Positions 35,278 through 47,305 of a DNA stretch of 64,000 bases are shown in pieces. Every line of letters begins with the position of its first letter. Position 1 is the stretch's first letter. Source of the DNA: Alloascoidea hylecoeti (taxonomy: Eukaryota); NCBI GenBank assembly GCA_001600815.1, contig BCKZ01000021.1, positions 124,001 to 188,000 of the forward strand, given 5' to 3'. The notes below the pieces were generated by a model. That model did no database searches, was not told where the DNA came from, and saw only the letters and a list, made by a program, of their open reading frames with translations. The translations under genes and the position numbers were made by a program.

Positions 35278-37491
35278 ATGACTTACACCATTCATACTAT
35301 TCCTGAACCTCATACAAGGACCGATCCGGAACGTCCTTGTTCATATTCAGATGCCCCGATACTTTTGGATATTGGTGCAAACACGACGCGTATAGGTTAT
35401 ACATCAACATCGTATCAACCCACTCATGTATTCCCTACACAGGTTGCCAAACATCGGGATCGTAAATTTGGAAGAACTTTTACATTAGTTGGGAATGATA
35501 TTGAATTAGATGCTGCTATCAAACCATCTGCACGATCTCCATTTGATGGGCCGTTTATAGCAAATTGGGAATTATATGAAAAATTATTAGATTATTCATT
35601 TCATATGCTTGGAGTTTCTCAACAAATAACACAACCTTTGATTATGACCGAAGTTCCTGGTCAATCAAAAGTACATAGACAAATGTTGTATGAATTGTTA
35701 TTTGAGGCATATCAAGCACCATCTGTTGCTATGGGAATAGACTCGTTATATTCTTATTATTATAATGGAGGAAACACTGGAATTGTAGTAGATTCTAGTT
35801 ATGAAGCAACTCATATCCTTCCTGTAATTCATGGGAAAGGAATAATGTCAAATGTCAAAAGATTAAATATTGGTGGGAGATTATCAACTGATTATTTGGG
35901 GAATTTGTTAGGTTTAAAATATCCCTTTTTACCAAATAAATTATCTCAAACTCAAGTAAATTGGGCTTTACAAAATTTCTGTTATATATCTCCATCATAT
36001 CAAGAAGAATTGAAAAATTATTTAGAATTAAATAATTTAGAAAAAAAAGATATAACAATGGAAATGCAATTTAATATAACAACTCATCAAAAAACTGAAG
36101 AAGAAATTGCAAGACAAGAAGCAAGAAAAAAAGAATCTGCTAAAAGATTACAAGAACAAGCTGTTAAAACAAGATTAACAAAATTAGTTCAAAAAGAACA
36201 TGATTGGGAATATTTTAAATTAGTTCAAGAAAATATTGAAAATGCAAATAAAAAAGATGTTAAAAAATTATTAGATGCTGAAGGATTTGAAGATTTAAAA
36301 GATTTTAACAAATATATATCTAATTTGGATAGATCAATTAAAAGAGCAAGAAGACAAGATATTGGAACTGATGAATCAAATGAACCTCCTTCATTTGCAT
36401 TAGTTGAAATACCTGATGATCAATTAGATGAATTACAATTAAAAGAAAAGAAAAAACAAAGATTATTAAAAGCAAGTTATGATGCGAGACAAAGAGCAAA
36501 AAGAGAAAAAGAATTACAAAAAGAACAATTAAAAAAGGATCAATTAATTGATGAAGAATTTAGAAAAAATGATTTAGATCAATGGATTTCAACAAAAAGA
36601 AATAAATTAAATGAATTATTAAAACGTGAAAGAGATAGAAAGAATTTAAAAAGAGATTTATCAAAAAGAAAATCTCATGCTGCACAATTAAGAATGAAAT
36701 CAATTGCTAATCTAGCATCTTCTTCTCCTACTTCTTCAAATTCTACTATAAATAAAAAACGTAGAACTATAGATGATGATCCAAATGATACATTTGGGGC
36801 TAATGATGATGATTGGCTTATTTATAGGGATATTGCTAATCCAAATAATTCAGAACAAGAAGAAGAAGAATTAAATGAAATTACCAAATTAGAACAACAA
36901 TTATTAGAATTTGATCCTAACTTTACATTTGAAGATACAAGAGCAGCACAATATGATTTTAGAAAATCAGTAATTCATAAATTTTTAAGAGGTCCAAAAG
37001 AAGCAAATCTTGAGGATTTACATCAACAACATCAAGTTCATTTAAATATTGAAAGAATTCGTGTTCCAGAAATTTTATTCCAACCATCTATTGTTGGGGT
37101 TGATCAAGCTGGAATTGTTGAAATAATGGGTGATTTCTTATTAAGAAAAGGTCATTTTGATTGGAGTACCACACCATATCAAACTGCTTCATTTGGTACT
37201 GAACATGAAGTTGTAAATTTGGAGTTGGCAAAGGATATTTTCATAACTGGAGGGCAGGCTAGCTTTAAAAATTTCGAACAACGTTTACAGGCCGAATTAA
37301 CGGCTATTTTACCAGTTTCTACACCAATTAACATTCGAAAAGCATCTAATCCATTATTAGATGCTTGGAAAGGAATGGCAAAATGGAGTACTGATGATAG
37401 ATACGTAAACGCTTATGTTACAAGACAAGAATGGGATGAGATGGGCAGTGGATATATTAAAGAACATGGATTGGGTAATTGGAATCTATAA
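35278..37491 (+). CDS. ARP5: Actin-related protein 5 (INO80 complex)
   Basis: ELLFEAYQAPSVAMGIDSL, charged insertion, RKSHAAQLRMKSIANLA, DTFGANDDDW, LNIERIRVPEILFQPS. Second ATG (35278) preferred as start. Confidence 0.96.
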   Translation: MTYTIHTIPEPHTRTDPERPCSYSDAPILLDIGANTTRIGYTSTSYQPTHVFPTQVAKHRDRKFGRTFTLVGNDIELDAAIKPSARSPFDGPFIANWELYEKLLDYSFHMLGVSQQITQPLIMTEVPGQSKVHRQMLYELLFEAYQAPSVAMGIDSLYSYYYNGGNTGIVVDSSYEATHILPVIHGKGIMSNVKRLNIGGRLSTDYLGNLLGLKYPFLPNKLSQTQVNWALQNFCYISPSYQEELKNYLELNNLEKKDITMEMQFNITTHQKTEEEIARQEARKKESAKRLQEQAVKTRLTKLVQKEHDWEYFKLVQENIENANKKDVKKLLDAEGFEDLKDFNKYISNLDRSIKRARRQDIGTDESNEPPSFALVEIPDDQLDELQLKEKKKQRLLKASYDARQRAKREKELQKEQLKKDQLIDEEFRKNDLDQWISTKRNKLNELLKRERDRKNLKRDLSKRKSHAAQLRMKSIANLASSSPTSSNSTINKKRRTIDDDPNDTFGANDDDWLIYRDIANPNNSEQEEEELNEITKLEQQLLEFDPNFTFEDTRAAQYDFRKSVIHKFLRGPKEANLEDLHQQHQVHLNIERIRVPEILFQPSIVGVDQAGIVEIMGDFLLRKGHFDWSTTPYQTASFGTEHEVVNLELAKDIFITGGQASFKNFEQRLQAELTAILPVSTPINIRKASNPLLDAWKGMAKWSTDDRYVNAYVTRQEWDEMGSGYIKEHGLGNWNL

Positions 37492-37630
37492 ACCTAAGTA
37501 AAAAGTAATTGTAACATTTAATCGTATAAGGATGAAAGAATTTAGACCTTAAGCTATTTATATATAATTATTTTATCTCTTAAGTATCTTTATTAAAGGT
37601 CCTATAGTATAATAATTATTTAAAGACTAT

Positions 37631-39547
37631 TTAAATTTTTTCTTTGTCGGCTGATGGTTTTTTTCTATGAGCGCTTTTTTTCTTAGCACGCTTAATAGAT
37701 TGTTTAATAAACTCTTCATCTTGTTCTTCATTGAATTCAGCAAAATCATCATTGATAAGATGTTCTTCTTCATCAGCTTCCGATTTGATAATATTTTCCT
37801 TTTCTTTGGCACTAGCCTTACTATTATCATGAGGACTTGGTGCAATTTTCTTAAATTTTGCAACATAGAAACCATCAACATTATATGTATGAGGATAATA
37901 CCTTCTTGTTAACGATAATTTAGGATTAAATACTTTTCCTCTAAAATTTGTAAAACCTTCCTTACCAATTTCAAGACCAGTTGGGACTAATTTAACATTT
38001 GGACGTTTACGTAAAGCATAATCAACAACTGATTCATTTTCATCAACCATGACTGAACAAGTTGAATAGACTATATAACCACCAGTTGGTGAATTTGCAT
38101 CAACAGAGTCAATGGCTGATAATAATAATTGTTTTTGTAAGAATGGTAATTGTATGAAATCTTTTTCAGTTCTTGCAACTTTAACTCTTTCATCCTTTGA
38201 AATAACACCAGTACCAGAACATGGAGCATCCAAAAGAATTCGATCAAATCCACCAATAACCTTTGGAAATTCTCTAGCATCATAATTACAGACAATTGTA
38301 TTTTTGCAACCAAGACGATGGATATTGGCAATCAAACTCTTTGTTCTTGCTTTGTTAGAATCATTAGCGAAGACGCATCCAGTATTTTTCATAAGAGCTG
38401 AAATATAGGTAGTCTTACCACCTGGAGCAGCAGCCATATCCAAAATACGTTCATTCTCTTGAGGAGCTAAAGCCATAACAGGTAAGAATGATGAAGCTGC
38501 TTGTAAGATATAATGGCCGGCTAAATATTCTGGGGTAGCACCAATTGGGACTTGAGAGTCAAATATTTGTAATCCAACTTTTGTCCAAGTACCAATAGGT
38601 TGTAAATTAACACCTCTATTCACTAATGCTTGTACTAGATCTCTCTTTCTAGTTTTAAGTGTATTTGTTCGAATCGTAATTGGTCTTGCAATTTCATTTG
38701 CTTCGAAAAACTCAATAGCTTCAGCTGGTGAGAAAAGATTAAACAATTTTTCGGCAAGGAATGGTGTATAACCATAATATTCACAAATATCAGCAATAAG
38801 CTGTTCTGTATATTCTGATCGACTCTTACCTTCTTCCGCAAGATTTTTGAAATCTTCCAAAACTTTAACAAGTTCTAATATACGGGTACGCACAACATTA
38901 ACATCCTGTGGTCCAGCACCCAATTCCTTCTTTTCCTCTTCAGTAGGTAAGATATGTGCACGGGGTTGATTTATATTACTTTGCAATAATTCATCTTCGG
39001 CATCTTGTTCCTCTTCTTCTTGTTCAATGTCTAATTGTCTGGATAAAGCTTCCATATTAATATTATTGAGAAGCTCTTCATCTTCATCGTCATCACTAAA
39101 CATCGGTTTAGCATTTTCTCCGTCATCTGAGTCATAAAATTCATCATCTTCAACTTCTGCCTCTAGGTCTGATAGTTTTTCAAATTCTTCTTCTTCAGAA
39201 TCAGAATCAAAAAGTTTCTTCTTCTCCTGTTGGATCACTTCATCATTTATTTCAGTAATTGTCTCGCCGTCAGACCCATCTTCTGATATTAGCTTTGACT
39301 TAGATTTTGATTTTTTCTTACTATCTTTATCATGCTTACTATGTTTAGAGTCTTTAGCTTTCTTTGCCTTTTTGTGCTTGACCTTAACATCTTTGGTAGT
39401 TTCATTATCATTCTTAACCTTTTCTTCAGAAAACGAACCGGACCTTTTTCGTTTAGAATCTATTTTTGTATCTTTCTTTGAGTATTTAGCTTGTACTTCT
39501 TCAAATGAAGCTGGGGCTCCCTGCTTATTTTTAGCCTTTCTACCCAT
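37631..39547 (-). CDS. NOP2: 25S rRNA m5C methyltransferase Nop2
   Basis: MGRKAKNKQGAP, PIGATPEYLAGHY, LDMAAAPGGKT, DAPCSG, VYSTCS. Confidence 0.99.
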   Translation of the reverse strand: MGRKAKNKQGAPASFEEVQAKYSKKDTKIDSKRKRSGSFSEEKVKNDNETTKDVKVKHKKAKKAKDSKHSKHDKDSKKKSKSKSKLISEDGSDGETITEINDEVIQQEKKKLFDSDSEEEEFEKLSDLEAEVEDDEFYDSDDGENAKPMFSDDDEDEELLNNINMEALSRQLDIEQEEEEQDAEDELLQSNINQPRAHILPTEEEKKELGAGPQDVNVVRTRILELVKVLEDFKNLAEEGKSRSEYTEQLIADICEYYGYTPFLAEKLFNLFSPAEAIEFFEANEIARPITIRTNTLKTRKRDLVQALVNRGVNLQPIGTWTKVGLQIFDSQVPIGATPEYLAGHYILQAASSFLPVMALAPQENERILDMAAAPGGKTTYISALMKNTGCVFANDSNKARTKSLIANIHRLGCKNTIVCNYDAREFPKVIGGFDRILLDAPCSGTGVISKDERVKVARTEKDFIQLPFLQKQLLLSAIDSVDANSPTGGYIVYSTCSVMVDENESVVDYALRKRPNVKLVPTGLEIGKEGFTNFRGKVFNPKLSLTRRYYPHTYNVDGFYVAKFKKIAPSPHDNSKASAKEKENIIKSEADEEEHLINDDFAEFNEEQDEEFIKQSIKRAKKKSAHRKKPSADKEKI

Positions 39548-39554
39548 ATTATTA

Positions 39555-39627
39555 TGAAAATTTTATAAAAACTATAAAAATGGAAATTTTCAGTTGAAAA
39601 AAAAAATTTTGGATGCGAAGAGATGAC
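39555..39627. promoter_or_regulatory. RRPE and PAC-like ribosome-biogenesis motifs upstream of NOP2
   Basis: TGAAAATTTT, TGA10TTTT and GAGATGA. Confidence 0.55.
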
Positions 39628-39831
39628 AAACATATTACATAATTACCACACCTGAAAAATTGGTCAGTGAAAATTGGCACCGAATTTGACGATTTTCTTC
39701 ATAGAAGGTAAAATACGTATTCTTTTACCATTTCTGATTCCAATCTAAACTTTTTGTGAGATGAATAGACAGCAATTAAATAAAATAGGCATTTTACCTC
39801 AAATATATCAAAAAGCAAAAGAATAAAAAAC

Positions 39832-39903
39832 AGGTCGTGCCCGGGATCGAACCGGGATCGCCAGAATCAAAATCTGATGTGCTAGCCATTACACTACACA
39901 ACC
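39832..39903 (-). tRNA. tRNA-Gln(TTG), intronless
   Basis: GGTTGTG...CACGACC acceptor stem, anticodon arm TCAGA-TTTTGAT-TCTGG, T-loop GGTTCGATCC, followed by a T6 Pol III terminator. Confidence 0.97.
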
Positions 39904-41195
39904 AATTCCATGCTACACGAATGATTGCGCAACGCTACATATGATTTTATGATTAGAACAAATTCTTATTCAGGAAAATATATGAAAAGTTAAAAAAAAA
40001 GGCTACATAAAGAAGAAAAATAATATGAAGACTTAAATATGATGATGAGGTAGAGGCTTTTTGAACCATGAGTATGAGTGATTTCCTTACTTAAGTTTCT
40101 AGTTAGAAGTTTTCATTGAAAATAATATGTGATTAAAAAAAACGTTACGAGTTGAATCTTTAATATTGATCTAGTTATCTATTTGTATGTATTTATTAGG
40201 ATAAGTGGGGGCGGATAATTAAAAATGGCCCTTCAAGAAGAATTATGTTTAGTCAAATTAAAATCCGTTTTATAATTAATATTAATTATAGTATTTTGAA
40301 ATGACTGAAGGGCTAAAATAATGCTCTGTGTATTCCAAGATCAGAATGCCAGTGTTGATCCTTTTTACCAGGAACTAAATATATATGTAAATCCAATATA
40401 GTAAATGTCATATGATGATATGTTTTGAATAGATAGATATATTAGATCTATCTATAATATTAACCCTTTCTATATTTTATATTAATTAAGTAAATTATCT
40501 TCTCCCAAGAAATGATGATAATTAAAAGGAATTATAATGGTATTATAATCAAAAAATTTATAAAATCTAGCGTCTTAGTCTATCCACCAATATTCATGTT
40601 CGTAAAACAAAAAAAAAGGTAATCGTTAATGTTATATGCACATATGCATATTACAATTGAGTGATAACGAAAGACTGAGTCTTTGAGTATTGTTAAGGAT
40701 TAAAAATTTAAGATTTGGAGGGAGTCCGAATCAAATATCGCGATTGAGATATTCAAGCCTAAGGAAAATAGAGTTAGTTAATTGATTCCAATTAATCTAA
40801 CTGGATTAGTAAAATATAAGTCAGATAATATTGATAGATAATACTTTATGAAGAACTCAAATCAGACTCAATTGGTATATCAGACAACTGCAGAAACTGG
40901 AACCTGTGCTAGCTATTTCAATTAATAGTAATGAACAACAAGAAAGAAGTACCTAGGCTTTTCTTTGTTGTATGCATATGACTAAATGTAGTAATTTGAT
41001 TTTGTGACACCTCTAAGTTACCCGACTTTGTTGAGCAGGTAAACAAACACATCCAAAAACAAAAATAAATGAAATTAGTATAGGATTTTGTGTTTTTTTC
41101 AACAAAAGCCTTTCATTACCAATTAGTCCTTGTCGAATTCCTCGACACTAATTTTACAAGGATTTTGGAACCTTGGGTGTATATAATTTCATATA

Positions 41196-44039
41196 ATGTC
41201 AGGTATTGCTGATCGAGAATGGGATCGAAATCGTGAGATCAAAAGAGGTGGAAATGGACAGGGGTATATGACGCGTTTTATTAGGAATTTATTACCTGAA
41301 GGGATGGGTGATTATGCTGAAAGTGTTGCTGATGAGGCAAGAGTGTTGTTTGATGAACTTCCGAGACGGGATCATGACATTCATTTGACAACGTCAATAT
41401 TATGTGAAAAATTCTATCAACAGGGTTATCCAGAGAAAGCTAATCGTTTGCAAAGATTGTCATCACTTTTATCCCGTTATTATACATCTGCTCAATTGGC
41501 CAGACAGTTGGAATCAAATTTCCCATCACAAGATCCTTATATGCCTGCTTATAGTACAAATGATTATGAGTTTGATAACAGATCTAGAGCTTCAAGTGCA
41601 TCAAGATACGATAATCGATATTCAACTCCAACACAACAGCCCTTTGGTATAAATTCAGCGCGAGAAGATAATAATAATCAACAGCCTTTTTTTCCGAATT
41701 CACGTCGTCCAAATGATACACCACCCGATGGAATGAGTGTTCGAAGTGGCGGAACAATGGGTGGTGGTGGCATTCAACCATTAAGTGAAATTGCTTCTCA
41801 TTATAAACCACAAGCAGATCCATCAGAATACCAAATCTTACAGACCTTACCTTATACATTACTCGGATCGACATCTGCTATTTTCCCCTTTTCAAGTGAT
41901 GGGAAAACAATTGAAATACCTGATACAATCTCTTATCCACAGAGTGGAATTCTTCATAAGTTATTTGAATCTGCATTATTATATCGACAATTACAAAATG
42001 TAAAATCAACAACTAGTAATAATAAACGAAGTCAAGTTAGAATTGCTTTTAATAGTGCTCTACAGGAAGAACTAGAGGGGTATGTTAGAATAGTGAATGA
42101 TTTAGCGGTTAGAATCCAACAACAATTATCATCTGATCTATTAATGTCCCCTAAAATAACTGTACTTAAATGTTTACTAGAATTGAAAGATGAAACAGTT
42201 AATTTAAGACTTCAATATACTCTACTACAATCAACACAAGAGTTAAAAGCTGGCGAATTTTTATCAAAATTATATGATATGGCAAGCAATGGAGATTATA
42301 GATTAAGCGATTTATCAATACGATTATTAAATAAATCAGCGGAGCCCTATTATCGAGTGCTAAACAAATGGTTATCTAGTGGTGATTTAGATGAAAAACA
42401 AGAAGAATTTTTTATAAAAAGAGTATATGATGAATCACAACAGCGGCTAAACATTCATAATAATAATCGACGACATAAATATACAAGCAGTTTAGACCGA
42501 TCTGATAGAATTAATATTAACGAACTAGTTTTATCAAAATCTGATGCTCCATGCTATTTTTCATCAGCATTATTAGATAAAATATTTCATATTGGGAAAA
42601 ATCTTAGTTTTTTAAAATACAATTGTAATGAATTAAAATGGGCAAATGCTCATACTGAAAAATATATCAATCAATTTTCAAGATTTTTCAAAACTGAAGG
42701 TCTTTATAGTAGAAACTTTTCACAATTTGATAAAACAGTTAATGAAGATTATAAAGATGTTATGGCAAGGTTAAATGAAATCGTATTTAATAAATTTAAA
42801 TTAAATTTACATTTAAATGGATTAAGAGATTATTTATTATTAAGAAAAGGAGATTTTATTCATAATTTAATTGAGATTAGTGGTGATATTTTAGATGCTC
42901 CTGCTTCCTCCCTATCAACACATCAATTAACACGAGTTCTTGAAGATGCTAAAATAAACACTAGTTCTTGTCGTTATGGCAATAATGAAGAAGTCGAGGA
43001 GGTCTTAAATAGCCTTGACGCTCGTGTTTTAGAATTATCTCATGGTGGTATAGGTTGGGATGTATTTACACTGGATTATCATGTGCCAGCACCACTTGAT
43101 TTCATTATTAATAAACAAAAACAAAAGGAATATCTAAAGATCTTTAACTTTTTATGGAAGTTAAAACGAGTTGAAGTTGAATTGGGTCTTCAATGGAGAG
43201 AAATCATAACTACTAGTGGCGCTAAATTTATAAGGACACCACCTAAATCTAGAAGATCAAATAATAATAATTCAGAATTTACTTTTATCACTGGATTTGA
43301 AAAGCAAATAATCAAGAAATGGCGTCGTTCAAATGTTATATGTTTTCAAATAATTCAATTTATTACAGAGATTCAATGTTATTTTGAACAAAATCTTTCT
43401 TCTGCATGGTCTATGCTTCAAAAATCTCTTATGGCAAGTTTTAAAAATAGAATTGTTATCAATGATGTATTAATACCTTATAATCAACCACCCTGTGATA
43501 TAAGTGATAATTATTTAACTATAGATGACTTCTTATTATTACATGGAAGCTATTTGGATGAGATTATAAATAAAGGCTTATTACAAGATGATAATACAGG
43601 TCTTTTCAGTAAAGAAGAGTTTAAGATTCAATTACACTGGATTCTTAATTTAATTACCAATTTTTACATTGGCTATGTTGAGTTTTATTCTTTATTAATG
43701 GAATTAAATAATGAAAAACGTATCAATAAAACAACAACTTCAAAAAATGGAGTATTTAATGGAATAAATGATATGGATATTGATATTGATATGGATTTAA
43801 ATATGAGTTCTGGAATGACTAATAATAACACTGAGAATAGATTAAAAACAGTTGCTGAACAATTAACACAAGTAGAAACACAATTTATGGAATTATTTGA
43901 AAAATTCAACTTTGATTTGTTAGCTTCTAGTGATCAAGATTTAAAATATTTGGGAATGAGGTTAAATGGTAATGGATTTTTTAAATTAAAGAAGAACTCA
44001 TATTCTAATGGCAGGGGGAAAATAGCTTCTAAAGGCTAA
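41196..44039 (+). CDS. SPC98: Gamma-tubulin complex subunit Spc98/GCP3
   Basis: LRDYLLLRKGDFI, LDARVLELSHGGIGWDVFTLDYHVPAPLD, EYLKIFNFLWKLKRVE, LGMRLNGNGFF. Forkhead-like GTAAACA near 41039. Confidence 0.9.
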   Translation: MSGIADREWDRNREIKRGGNGQGYMTRFIRNLLPEGMGDYAESVADEARVLFDELPRRDHDIHLTTSILCEKFYQQGYPEKANRLQRLSSLLSRYYTSAQLARQLESNFPSQDPYMPAYSTNDYEFDNRSRASSASRYDNRYSTPTQQPFGINSAREDNNNQQPFFPNSRRPNDTPPDGMSVRSGGTMGGGGIQPLSEIASHYKPQADPSEYQILQTLPYTLLGSTSAIFPFSSDGKTIEIPDTISYPQSGILHKLFESALLYRQLQNVKSTTSNNKRSQVRIAFNSALQEELEGYVRIVNDLAVRIQQQLSSDLLMSPKITVLKCLLELKDETVNLRLQYTLLQSTQELKAGEFLSKLYDMASNGDYRLSDLSIRLLNKSAEPYYRVLNKWLSSGDLDEKQEEFFIKRVYDESQQRLNIHNNNRRHKYTSSLDRSDRININELVLSKSDAPCYFSSALLDKIFHIGKNLSFLKYNCNELKWANAHTEKYINQFSRFFKTEGLYSRNFSQFDKTVNEDYKDVMARLNEIVFNKFKLNLHLNGLRDYLLLRKGDFIHNLIEISGDILDAPASSLSTHQLTRVLEDAKINTSSCRYGNNEEVEEVLNSLDARVLELSHGGIGWDVFTLDYHVPAPLDFIINKQKQKEYLKIFNFLWKLKRVEVELGLQWREIITTSGAKFIRTPPKSRRSNNNNSEFTFITGFEKQIIKKWRRSNVICFQIIQFITEIQCYFEQNLSSAWSMLQKSLMASFKNRIVINDVLIPYNQPPCDISDNYLTIDDFLLLHGSYLDEIINKGLLQDDNTGLFSKEEFKIQLHWILNLITNFYIGYVEFYSLLMELNNEKRINKTTTSKNGVFNGINDMDIDIDMDLNMSSGMTNNNTENRLKTVAEQLTQVETQFMELFEKFNFDLLASSDQDLKYLGMRLNGNGFFKLKKNSYSNGRGKIASKG

Positions 44040-45196
44040 TAACTAATGTCTAATGGCTAATGAGTGATGATTTTATTGATTCAAAACTACGTTAACGTAT
44101 AATTCTTTTTTTCTTCATAGCATCCAGTTTTTGCGAATAATATTTACAACACTATTTAATTTACCATCTTTTTTGTCTTGTATAATGAATGGATACGATA
44201 TTTTTTTTTGTAAGAATTATAGAAAGTGAGTTAGACAATCCTAGAGTTATATAACCAAGACGTATAACTTATAATCAAGCTCCAGAATTGATGTGGTAAA
44301 AGAAATGCGTTTGAAGAATTCTAGTGGAGTAAATCGTGTGCTTCATTCTTGTACCAAAAATAGTTGTTCGATTTGCCAACATTTAATAGAAATCCCGTGT
44401 CATGTACCCTATATCAAATTTAGGATGGTGATTGATGCTCAAAATTTCAATAACTAGATCTATAGAGAATTTGACTCGGTGATATCAATTTATACCGGTA
44501 TATCAGTAAACCATGCTTAGAAGTGGAGATGTGTAACTGGCTAATCAGCTGTTACTTAGATATTGGAGCCAATTAAAGGTCAAATTAAAAGACCGTAAGA
44601 TTAAGCACTCTATGTAGTTCGCTAAGATGTAATAGGTCTAGATATCTATGGAGTTACTTGGCTTTCATTCTATAAGGCCAATCAAGTTTAATGGAGCTCG
44701 TGTGTGTTCCTTATGTATATTGACATTTTAGATATTTGTCCTTTTCATGGTTATCATTAACGTTGCATTGCTAATATTATTATTGATGATTATAACGTTA
44801 ATTAATTATAACGTTACAAGTATAAATCTGTACAATTAATGCAGATCCTTGTTTATCTATCATATACATATATATATATTTATATGATCACAAGTTTATG
44901 GGTAAGCAAATGAAAAAAATACAGAATTGAAGACTTCGGTGTAATTGTAATATCAGCTCAACACAAATTCATATATATTTCTGATGTTTACTTTGCAATT
45001 GAATATAGTATAAATATATAATTATCTAATTATAAAGAACTCCAGAACTCCAGAACTCGATCTATTCTCTATTTTAAAGTCCGTGTTTAAATCAACCTAC
45101 AATTTTAATGCTTTTTCATTTTTTTCTTCATTTTTATTTAATATCATTTTTCATATTTCAATCGGTATACAAATACATATTTTGTTATATATAGAT

Positions 45197-46129
45197 TTAA
45201 AAGTACTTGTTTAAGAAATCAGCCGCCAATTCTACACCAACAAAAGTAGCAGCATTAGCAGGGAAAGATCTAGCTAAAGCAGGACCAATACCTGGGAAGA
45301 AAGCTTTAATACCACCATTTTTGTATATTTTCTTGGCAACAGAAACCAATGTAGAAGAAGAGTCTGAAGAAGATTGTAATGTTGATTTTATTGTATCAAT
45401 TGGGAAGACACCAATCCACATTGACATACCAGCCATACCACCAGCAAATGAAACAGCACCGAGAGATAATTTAGGCTCCTCACCTGGCTTAGCTTCGGGT
45501 GTTAATTTCTTCTTCAAATATTCATATGTTGCAAAGTATAGAGCGGAACCGGGACCATCACGAGCAACGGTTGCCAAAGATCCCTTGAAAATCGATTTTA
45601 GACCACCTTCTTTATACAAATGTTTAACGACATCAAAAGCGCCATTGAACTTTGGTTTACTAGCATCAGCAGATTGACCTTGAATTTGTAGAATGACCTT
45701 TATTCTTTCAAATGGGGCAGCAACTGCGGTGGTGGGAATGGCACTGAAGAAACCAGCAGCACTGATTTGTGCAATTGACAGAGCACCATTGGGTCCAGCC
45801 GGGTCGCTCACGGAGGAGACGAGTCTTTTTCCCAAGTCGTAACCCCAAAAGGACACGGCAAACATTGGGGTGACACCCAGCAATGGAGGCAGGACACCTC
45901 TGTATAAACCTCTCAATCCATCGGCGGCCACTGTTTTCTTGACACACTCTATGCCGTTTTTGTAGGTTCCTGGAGCAGCCGTTTGGAGTCTGACTTTGAT
46001 CAAGTCGAACGGATGTCCGGTGACAACGGCACAGACACCACCGAATCCACCGGCGGCGAAAGATTTGATCTGTCCGGCTAGAGCATTGGAGGTTGGGACG
46101 ACTTCGTCCAATTCTGGCATGTCAGACAT
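45197..46129 (-). CDS. CRC1: Mitochondrial carnitine/acylcarnitine carrier
   Basis: GHPFDLIKVRLQ, GVTPMFAVSFWGY, APFERIK, RDGPGSALYF, RSFPANAATF. Confidence 0.95.
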   Translation of the reverse strand: MSDMPELDEVVPTSNALAGQIKSFAAGGFGGVCAVVTGHPFDLIKVRLQTAAPGTYKNGIECVKKTVAADGLRGLYRGVLPPLLGVTPMFAVSFWGYDLGKRLVSSVSDPAGPNGALSIAQISAAGFFSAIPTTAVAAPFERIKVILQIQGQSADASKPKFNGAFDVVKHLYKEGGLKSIFKGSLATVARDGPGSALYFATYEYLKKKLTPEAKPGEEPKLSLGAVSFAGGMAGMSMWIGVFPIDTIKSTLQSSSDSSSTLVSVAKKIYKNGGIKAFFPGIGPALARSFPANAATFVGVELAADFLNKYF

Positions 46130-46453
46130 CTTTGTGTTGTTGTAGTTGAAAAGTGTCAGCCTGGAAAAGATGGGGACTTACAGTTTAATATATAAATACC
46201 TAGAACATTTATTATAATATTAAGTTGCGGGCAAACGGCAAATCAGCAGCCGTGCGCATGTGATTCCCTACTCGGACGGCTGCATCTCACGACACTTCTG
46301 GCAAATGTTGTATAATTTACCTGTTGTAGAAGAATTTAACAGGTTTAAGAAATAAATTATTCCTTAATCCAACAAAAGTGCCAGAAACAGAAATTAACAG
46401 TTTTTTATCATAAGATTCGGGTCGTATGCATTCACGTGTTGTTTAACGGTCCC

Positions 46454-46526
46454 GTTATCCGGCAGCACGCCGGATAACAAACACCGGAACCGTCGTCCAA
46501 ATGACTCGCATAAACGGATACATCCG
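46454..46526. repeat. CGG-containing inverted repeats in the CRC1/cyclophilin divergent promoter
   Basis: GTTATCCGGC-AGCAC-GCCGGATAAC (46454-46478) and CGGAT-AC-ATCCG (46515-46526). Confidence 0.8.
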
Positions 46527-46588
46527 ATAACACATTCATTGAACAAAACTTTTGCACCATTAAAATTTAAAAGTAAAGATAAACCCGA

Positions 46589-47305
46589 ATGTCTTACGTA
46601 AATCTGGAAACCTCATTTGTAAGAGATATCAATTACGTGTAATTACTTTTCATCATGCTACTCTAACACATCCATAGGGTACAATTATTATAGAGCTGTA
46701 TAACAATCACGCTCCAAAAACATGCCATAATTTCGAAGAACTGGTATGCTTTTTGTCTCTATCAACAATCTTAACGAATATTAATATGAACTAATGACAA
46801 TAAATCCCGCTTAAATATCTAAAAAGGCTCGGAAAGGATATTATAACAATGTGGTTGTAAGTTCAGCTATAATTATTGAAATGCTCCAAGATCCAATAAA
46901 GAAAACTAACTAAACTATCTTTAATCTGGTTAGTTCCACAGAATTATTCCAAACTTCATGATTCAAACTGGTGACCCAACAGGCACAGGAACAGGTGGTG
47001 AATCCATATATGGTTCTAAATTTCCCGATGAAATACATCCTTCGTTAAAACATACAGGTGCTGGTGTATTATCAATGGCTAATGCTGGTCCTAATACAAA
47101 TGGATCTCAATTTTTCATAACATTGGCTCCAACTCCTTGGTTAGATGGGAAGCATACTATATTTGGTAGAGTGTTTAGAGGTTTAAGTGTCGTGAAGAAA
47201 ATTGGAAATCTCAAAACTGATGAAAGTGATAGACCGGTTGAGGATGTTAGAATTCTGAAAGCATATCCTATAACAGAGTCGGATTTAGAGGAATTGGAGT
47301 TTTAG
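46589..47305 (+). CDS. Spliceosomal cyclophilin, PPIL1-like, 4 exons
   Basis: Exons 46589-46618, 46678-46743, 46827-46856, 46934-47305. [56 protein letters not shown]. Confidence 0.9.
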
